Assembly (NCBI RefSeq): GCF_017302315.1
Contig: NZ_JAFLDT010000005.1
Coordinates: 13,815-77,814 of the forward strand
Length of the DNA: 64,000 nt
Source: Zoogloea sp.
GTDB lineage: Bacteria > Pseudomonadota > Gammaproteobacteria > Burkholderiales > Rhodocyclaceae
Direction of reading: 5' to 3'
Shown piece after piece: positions 57,902 to 64,000 of this stretch; position 1 is the first letter of the stretch; each line of letters opens with the position of its first letter. The notes under the pieces were generated by a model. That model made no database searches, was not told the origin of the DNA, and was given only the letters and a program-made list of their open reading frames with translations. Both the position numbers and the translations under genes were made by a program.

Positions 57902-59692
57902 ATGCGAACTCAATACTGCGGCCTTGTTTCCGCCGCCTACCTCGATCAGATCGTCACCCTGTGCGGCTGGGTCCACCGTCGGCGCGACCATGGCGGGGTC
58001 ATCTTCATCGACCTGCGCGACCGGGAAGGTCTGGTGCAGGTGGTCTGCGACCCCGACCGCGCCGACATGTTCCATGTGGCCGAAACCATCCGCGGCGAGT
58101 TCGTTCTGAAGGTGACCGGCAAGGTGCGCCGCCGGCCGGCCGGCACCGAGAACGCCAACCTGGTTTCCGGCGAGATCGAAGTCCTGTGCCACGATATCGA
58201 GGTGCTCAACACCTCCGCCACGCCCCCGTTCCAGCTCGACGAGGAAAACCTCTCCGAGACCACCCGCCTGACCCACCGGGTCATCGATCTGCGCCGCCCG
58301 CAGATGCAGAAGAACATGATCCTGCGTTACCGCACGGCCATGGCCTTCCGCCGCTTCCTCGACGCCCAGGGCTTCATCGACATTGAAACCCCGATGCTCA
58401 CCAAGAGCACCCCCGAGGGCGCGCGTGATTACCTGGTACCGTCCCGTGTGCATGACGGACAGTTCTTCGCCCTGCCCCAGTCCCCTCAGCTCTTCAAGCA
58501 GATGCTGATGGTGGCCGGCTACGACCGCTACTACCAGATCGTCAAGTGTTTCCGCGACGAAGACCTGCGTGCCGACCGGCAGCCGGAATTCACCCAGGTC
58601 GATATCGAGACCTCCTTCCTGACCGAAGACCAGATCACGGCCCTGATGGAAGAGATGATCCGCAGCATCTTCAAAGAGGTGCTGTCCGTCGATCTGCCCA
58701 ACCCCTTCCCGCGCATGACCTACGGCGAAGCCATGGACCGCTTCGGCTCCGACAAGCCTGACCTGCGCGTCACCCTTGAGCTGACCGATGTCACCGACGC
58801 GGTCAAGGACGTGGCCTTCAAGGTCTTCAGCGGACCCGCCACCACAGGTGGCCGCGTCGCAGCCATGCGCGTGCCGGGCGGCGCCACCCTGTCCCGCGGC
58901 GAAATCGACGAGTACACCAAGTTCGTGGGCATCTATGGTGCCCGCGGGCTGGCCTACATCAAGGTCAACGACGTCACCCAGGTGAACGAAACCGGCCTGC
59001 AGTCGCCCATCGTCAAGAACCTCAACGAGGCGGCCCTGCGTACCATCCTGGAGCGCACCGGCGCCCAGTCCGGCGACCTGATCTTCTTCGGCGCCGACAA
59101 GACCAAGGTGGTCAATGACGCCCTCGGCGCCCTGCGCATCAAGCTCGGCCACGAAAAGGGCTTCGTCAACGGCAAGGCCTGGGAGCCCCTGTGGGTTGTG
59201 GACTTCCCCATGTTCGAGTACGACGACGAGGACAAGCGCTGGACGGCCTGCCACCACCCCTTCACCAGCCCCAAGGACGAGCACCTGGAGCTGCTCACCA
59301 CGGACCCGGGCAAGTGCCTCGCCAAGGCCTACGACCTGGCCCTCAACGGCTGGGAAATCGGGGGTGGCTCGGTACGTATCCACCGTGCTGAAGTGCAGGA
59401 AAAGGTCTTCACGGCCCTCAACATCGGCCCCGAAGAACAGCAGGCCAAGTTCGGCTTCCTGCTGGACGCCCTGCGCTACGGCGCTCCGCCCCACGGCGGT
59501 CTGGCCTTCGGTCTCGACCGTATCGTCACCATGATGACCGGCGCCGAGTCGATCCGTGATGTGATCGCCTTCCCCAAAACCCAACGCGCCCAGTGCCTGC
59601 TCACCGACGCCCCCTCGCCGGTGGACGAGAAGCAATTGCGCGAGCTGCACATCCGCCTGCGTCAGAAGGCTGCGGAAACACCCGCCGGGTGA
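57902..59692 (+). CDS. aspS: Aspartate-tRNA ligase
   Basis: [46 protein letters not shown]. Confidence 0.98.
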   Translation: MRTQYCGLVSAAYLDQIVTLCGWVHRRRDHGGVIFIDLRDREGLVQVVCDPDRADMFHVAETIRGEFVLKVTGKVRRRPAGTENANLVSGEIEVLCHDIEVLNTSATPPFQLDEENLSETTRLTHRVIDLRRPQMQKNMILRYRTAMAFRRFLDAQGFIDIETPMLTKSTPEGARDYLVPSRVHDGQFFALPQSPQLFKQMLMVAGYDRYYQIVKCFRDEDLRADRQPEFTQVDIETSFLTEDQITALMEEMIRSIFKEVLSVDLPNPFPRMTYGEAMDRFGSDKPDLRVTLELTDVTDAVKDVAFKVFSGPATTGGRVAAMRVPGGATLSRGEIDEYTKFVGIYGARGLAYIKVNDVTQVNETGLQSPIVKNLNEAALRTILERTGAQSGDLIFFGADKTKVVNDALGALRIKLGHEKGFVNGKAWEPLWVVDFPMFEYDDEDKRWTACHHPFTSPKDEHLELLTTDPGKCLAKAYDLALNGWEIGGGSVRIHRAEVQEKVFTALNIGPEEQQAKFGFLLDALRYGAPPHGGLAFGLDRIVTMMTGAESIRDVIAFPKTQRAQCLLTDAPSPVDEKQLRELHIRLRQKAAETPAG

Positions 59693-59717
59693 TTCGCCCT
59701 GCCGGGTGCGGGCAAAC

Positions 59718-59748
59718 AAGGCGAACGGCCGAGGCCGTTCGCCTTTTT
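59718..59748 (+). terminator. Intrinsic terminator after aspS
   Basis: aaggcgaacggcc-ga-ggccgttcgccttttt. Confidence 0.85.
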
Positions 59749-59825
59749 CTTTTTCCCGACACCTCAAGATTGAAGCCGCCGCGCCGTTTGGACAGGTGTT
59801 CCTGTGCACTTTCCGCCCGCTATCC

Positions 59826-61442
59826 GTGACTGATCTCGGCACCGTCTCCGCCCTCATTGTCGAAGCCAACCCGTCCATGCGGACCCAGCTTCGCAACATG
59901 CTCAACACGAGCGGCATCAGCAAAGTCCAGTTTGCCGTGACCGCCGGCGTCGCAGTACGCAAGCTGCGCGACAGCCGCTACGACCTGATCCTCTGCGAAT
60001 ACCACATCGGCGATGGCCAGGACGGCCAGCATCTCCTTGAGGACTTGCGCAACAACAGCATCATTCCCCTGTCCACCCTGTTCATCATCGTCACCGGCGA
60101 ACGCCAGTACGAGCGCGTGGTGAGCGCAGCCGAACTGGCGCCCAACGACTACATCCTGAAACCCTTCGCCGCCGACACACTGCACGACCGCATCGTCCGG
60201 GCCCTGGACAAGCGTGACGCCTTCCTCCCGATCTATCGCCTGATCGAGCTTGGCAACATCCCCGATGCCATTTCCATGTGCATCAAGACTGAGGAGTCCC
60301 ATCCCCAGTGGTTGACCGACCTCTTGCGCCTGCGCGCCGAGCTTCACATCGCAAGCGGCAATGCCAACGAGGCGCAGCGCCTGTACGAGAAGATCCTCGA
60401 AGGCCGAAGCATCCCCTGGGCGCGGCTTGGATTGGCCAAGGCCTTCTTCATGCAGAAGCGCTACGCCGAGGCGGAGGACACGCTGCAGTCGCTGGTCAAT
60501 GAGAACGAACTCTTCGTGGATGCATATGACTGGCTGTCGCGCACCCGGGAGGCCGCCGGCGAGCTCCAATCGGCGCGCAGCATCCTCGCCAATGCCGCAA
60601 CCCTGTCGCCCCATCGCGTCGGGCGCCTGCGTCGCCTGGGCGAACTGTCCATCGAGATCGGGGAGCATGAGGAAGCCGAGAAGGCCTTGTCTGAAGTGGT
60701 GCGCAAAGGCAAGTACTCCGACTTCCGGGATCCGGAAGATCATGTGCGCCTGCTCCAGGCCCAGCTTGGCCGCGGAGACACGGCCCAGGCAGAGGCCACC
60801 ATCCGGGATCTGGAACGCTCCATGGCCGGCCTCGCCAAGACTCGTTCCTGCACCAACCTCTCGAGCGTCCTGCTGCACGTAAAGAAAGGCAATACGGAAA
60901 AGGCCGCCGAAGCGATCAAGGCGCTCTTCTCCGACCAAGACAATGCCCAGCCCCTGTCCCTGAAACTCAAGAGCGAACTCGCCCGCGCCTGCTTCGCCAC
61001 CAACATGGACAGTCACGGTGCCGAGGTCGTCCTCGACATCATGCGCAACGCCCCCGATGCCCGCACCTTGGCCGGCACCCAGGCTATCCTGAAAGAGGCC
61101 GGCAAGGCCGAGCTGGGTGAGCAATTGGCCAAACAGATGGACGCCGAGGTTAAAGACCTCGTCGCCGAGGGTGCCCGCAAGGCCCAGGGCGGTGACTACG
61201 AAGGCGCAGTGCAGTTCATGCTCAGTGCCGTACGCAAGATGCCCGGCAACGTGCATGTGCTTTTCAATGCCACGCTGGCCTTGCTCAAGTACATCGAAAA
61301 CTGCGGCTGGAACGAACGCTTCGCGACCCAGGCCCGCGACCTGATGGAGCGAGCCCGCCAACTGGACCCGGGGAACTCCCGTCTTCCGGCCCTGACGGCG
61401 TTCTACTACACCCTGCTCAAGAAATACGGGATTCAGCCCTGA
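59826..61442 (+). CDS. Atypical receiver (Asp-to-Glu) fused to TPR repeats
   Basis: LIVEAN, YDLILCEY, IIVTGE, YILKPF, then helical TPR-like repeats. GTG start. Confidence 0.85.
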   Translation: MTDLGTVSALIVEANPSMRTQLRNMLNTSGISKVQFAVTAGVAVRKLRDSRYDLILCEYHIGDGQDGQHLLEDLRNNSIIPLSTLFIIVTGERQYERVVSAAELAPNDYILKPFAADTLHDRIVRALDKRDAFLPIYRLIELGNIPDAISMCIKTEESHPQWLTDLLRLRAELHIASGNANEAQRLYEKILEGRSIPWARLGLAKAFFMQKRYAEAEDTLQSLVNENELFVDAYDWLSRTREAAGELQSARSILANAATLSPHRVGRLRRLGELSIEIGEHEEAEKALSEVVRKGKYSDFRDPEDHVRLLQAQLGRGDTAQAEATIRDLERSMAGLAKTRSCTNLSSVLLHVKKGNTEKAAEAIKALFSDQDNAQPLSLKLKSELARACFATNMDSHGAEVVLDIMRNAPDARTLAGTQAILKEAGKAELGEQLAKQMDAEVKDLVAEGARKAQGGDYEGAVQFMLSAVRKMPGNVHVLFNATLALLKYIENCGWNERFATQARDLMERARQLDPGNSRLPALTAFYYTLLKKYGIQP

Positions 61443-61488
61443 GAGCGGGCTGCTAAACTGGCGGGCATCGCCCTCGTCCGCCGCAGCC

Positions 61489-61863
61489 ATGACCTTCCGC
61501 TTTCTCCACCTTGCCCTCCTGCTCCTGCTCTGCTGCGGCAGCGCCCACGCCAGGGACTTCCTCGACTGGAGTCGCCAGGAGCTTCCCCAGGTGTCCGCCA
61601 AGGCGCTCCCACCGGAGGCCCATGACACCCTCGCCCTGATCCGCAAGGGCGGCCCCTTTCCGCATCGCCGGGACGGCATCACCTTCCAAAACAGGGAAGG
61701 CCGACTCCCCGAAGCCCAACGGGGCTTCTATCGGGAGTACACAGTAACCACGCCAGGCTCCCGAGACCGCGGCGCACGGCGCATCGTCACCGGGGGCCGA
61801 CCACCCTCCGTGTTCTATTACTCCGACGACCACTACCGCAGTTTCCGCCGGATCCAGGACTGA
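61489..61863 (+). CDS. Secreted guanyl-specific ribonuclease (barnase/RNase Sa family)
   Basis: Signal peptide, GGPFP..RDG..FQNREGRLP, YREYTV, RGARRIV, YYSDDHY. Confidence 0.92.
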   Translation: MTFRFLHLALLLLLCCGSAHARDFLDWSRQELPQVSAKALPPEAHDTLALIRKGGPFPHRRDGITFQNREGRLPEAQRGFYREYTVTTPGSRDRGARRIVTGGRPPSVFYYSDDHYRSFRRIQD

Positions 61864-61865
61864 AG

Positions 61866-62309
61866 ATGAGCGTTCCCCCGTTCCACACCCTGCTGTCCCG
61901 TGCCGAAAGAGCCGGGCTTTATCACATGCCCTTTGCCGCCGATCTCGCGCTGGAAGAAGCTGCCGAAAGCCTCGAATACCCCCTCTACCGGGTGAATCTT
62001 GCTCAGGTCGCCGACAAGGAGGCCTTTCTGGACGCCGTTGGCAAGGCCCTGGATTTCCCCGACTGGTACGGGCACAACTGGGATGCCCTGGCCGACTGCC
62101 TGACAGATCTATCGTGGATGGCCGCAGACGGCTACGTGATCGTTCTTGAGCACAGCGACGCCTTTTCCCAGGCAGCCCCAGCCGACTTTGCCATGGCCCT
62201 GTCCGTCTTCCAGGATGCAGCCGATACGTGGCGTGAGGACGGCATTCCGTTCTGGACGCTGGTGGGGACAAGCGGTGACGGTATCGACTGGCTGCAGGAC
62301 ATGGAATGA
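61866..62309 (+). CDS. Barstar-family ribonuclease inhibitor
   Basis: LDFPDWYGHNWDALADCLTDL, directly downstream of the RNase. Confidence 0.92.
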   Translation: MSVPPFHTLLSRAERAGLYHMPFAADLALEEAAESLEYPLYRVNLAQVADKEAFLDAVGKALDFPDWYGHNWDALADCLTDLSWMAADGYVIVLEHSDAFSQAAPADFAMALSVFQDAADTWREDGIPFWTLVGTSGDGIDWLQDME

Positions 62310-62785
62310 GCCTGGCACCGAAACAGCCGGTATCGGCTCTGGTGGTCATTCATACGGCGGATCTCGACGTCCTCGTGATGGAGCGGGTTGGCGGCAGCGG
62401 ACTGTGGCAATCCGTCACCGGCAGCCGTGAGGGCGACGAGCCGCTGGCCGCCACTGCCCTGCGCGAAGTGGCGGAGGAAACCGGGCTCACCGCCGCCCCC
62501 ACCACGCTTGTTGACTGGAAACTCACCAACCGCTTCCCCATCCTGCCACGCTGGCGCGGCCGCTATGCCGCAGGCGTCACACACAACACCGAACACTTCT
62601 TCAGCCTGTGCCTGCCCGCCACGTTTACGCCAGTGCTGGCGCCGGACGAGCACGCCACCGCCTGCTGGCTTCCCTGGCAGGAGGCCGCCTCGCGGGTCTT
62701 CTCGTGGACCAACCGGGACGCCATCCGCCTCATCGCCCGCCGCTTCAACGCGGCGGGGCCAGCGACGCAGCAATCTTCTTCTTGA
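62306..62785 (+). CDS. nudB: Dihydroneopterin triphosphate diphosphatase (Nudix)
   Basis: PVSALVVIHT, WQSVTGS, Nudix box ALREVAEETG, NTEHFF, FSWTN. Confidence 0.9.
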   Translation: MSLAPKQPVSALVVIHTADLDVLVMERVGGSGLWQSVTGSREGDEPLAATALREVAEETGLTAAPTTLVDWKLTNRFPILPRWRGRYAAGVTHNTEHFFSLCLPATFTPVLAPDEHATACWLPWQEAASRVFSWTNRDAIRLIARRFNAAGPATQQSSS

Positions 62786-62951
62786 GGCAGTCGGGGCAGT
62801 AGCACTGCCCCACTGGCGCCTCCGGCACCGCCAGGACAGGCGGCAGGCTTGCGCACCAGCAAGCGGCCAGCCCTGCATCCATACCACAGGTAAATGCCGC
62901 ACCGCAGGCCGGACAGATGTTTGTTGCCCTTGTCACCCTCTGTTCTTCCAT
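62745..62951 (-). CDS. Cysteine-rich CWC family protein
   Basis: CPACGAAFTCG...CWCASLP...CYCPDCL. Confidence 0.8.
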   Translation of the reverse strand: MEEQRVTRATNICPACGAAFTCGMDAGLAACWCASLPPVLAVPEAPVGQCYCPDCLKKKIAASLAPPR

Positions 62952-63131
62952 GACCAGGTCTCGCATTTTTGGTGCCTGAGTGGGTGTAAAAAAATCTGCT
63001 ACGCGGCCCGATCTCGCCCCTGCGATGCTCGCCTTTCCATTGTACGGCTGCGCTTCTCGGGGCGAACTCGAACCACTCGCTATGATTTCTTCACACCCTC
63101 CGAGTCTATTACAGCAAGGCACACAGCTTGA

Positions 63132-63998
<867 letters not shown>

Positions 63999-64000
63999 GC

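Noticed and set aside
57770-61682. Very long antisense ORFs (57770..59962, 59820..61682; likewise 21950..23452, 24780..26174, 28863..30275, 34803..36185, 43296..44705, 45718..47295, 49015..50685, 54945..56321)
   Set aside because: These are shadow frames opposite well-supported genes, expected from GC-rich codon bias, and they contain no recognisable motifs.

Overview
High-GC betaproteobacterial chromosome segment. A Rhodocyclales-like host (Zoogloea/Thauera/Azoarcus type) is inferred from gene content, not proven. Bases 1-19.7 kb hold a Wzy-dependent capsule/EPS locus: ugd, an IS5 remnant, wzy, a putative nonulosonate transferase, wzx, a GT2, an acetyltransferase, a long multi-domain NeuB, neuA, wzc, wza, a small PEP-CTERM-like gene, a WcaJ-type priming transferase, a repeat-flanked vapBC islet, a CugP-like nucleotidyltransferase and wzb. 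The wzy-to-wzc block is visibly AT-richer than its flanks. Next come a seven-tRNA array, a canonical PEP-CTERM gene and then mostly core genes: FAD oxidoreductase, RssA, rimO, phaR-phaB-phaB-phaC, ZIP transporter, pgeF, rluD, bamD, manC, yihA, cytochrome c4 with System II maturation genes, a phasin, a CheB-CheR-PAS / PAS kinase / FixJ-like module, ffh, pilBCD, aspS, an RNase-barstar pair, nudB and partial argB. The most notable observations are: (1) an identical 19-bp TGT-N11-ACA enhancer plus sigma54 promoters shared by the PEP-CTERM gene and a small gene with a degenerate PEP-CTERM tail inside the EPS locus; (2) a CBS-NeuB-SAF-TIM-barrel synthase with no precursor pathway in the cluster; (3) a vapBC islet bracketed by a duplicated gene 3' end; (4) PhaR-type boxes at EPS and PHA promoters; (5) an output-less methyl-accepting CheB-CheR fusion. 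No CRISPR array or rRNA is seen. Several start codons were re-chosen by eye relative to the ORF track.
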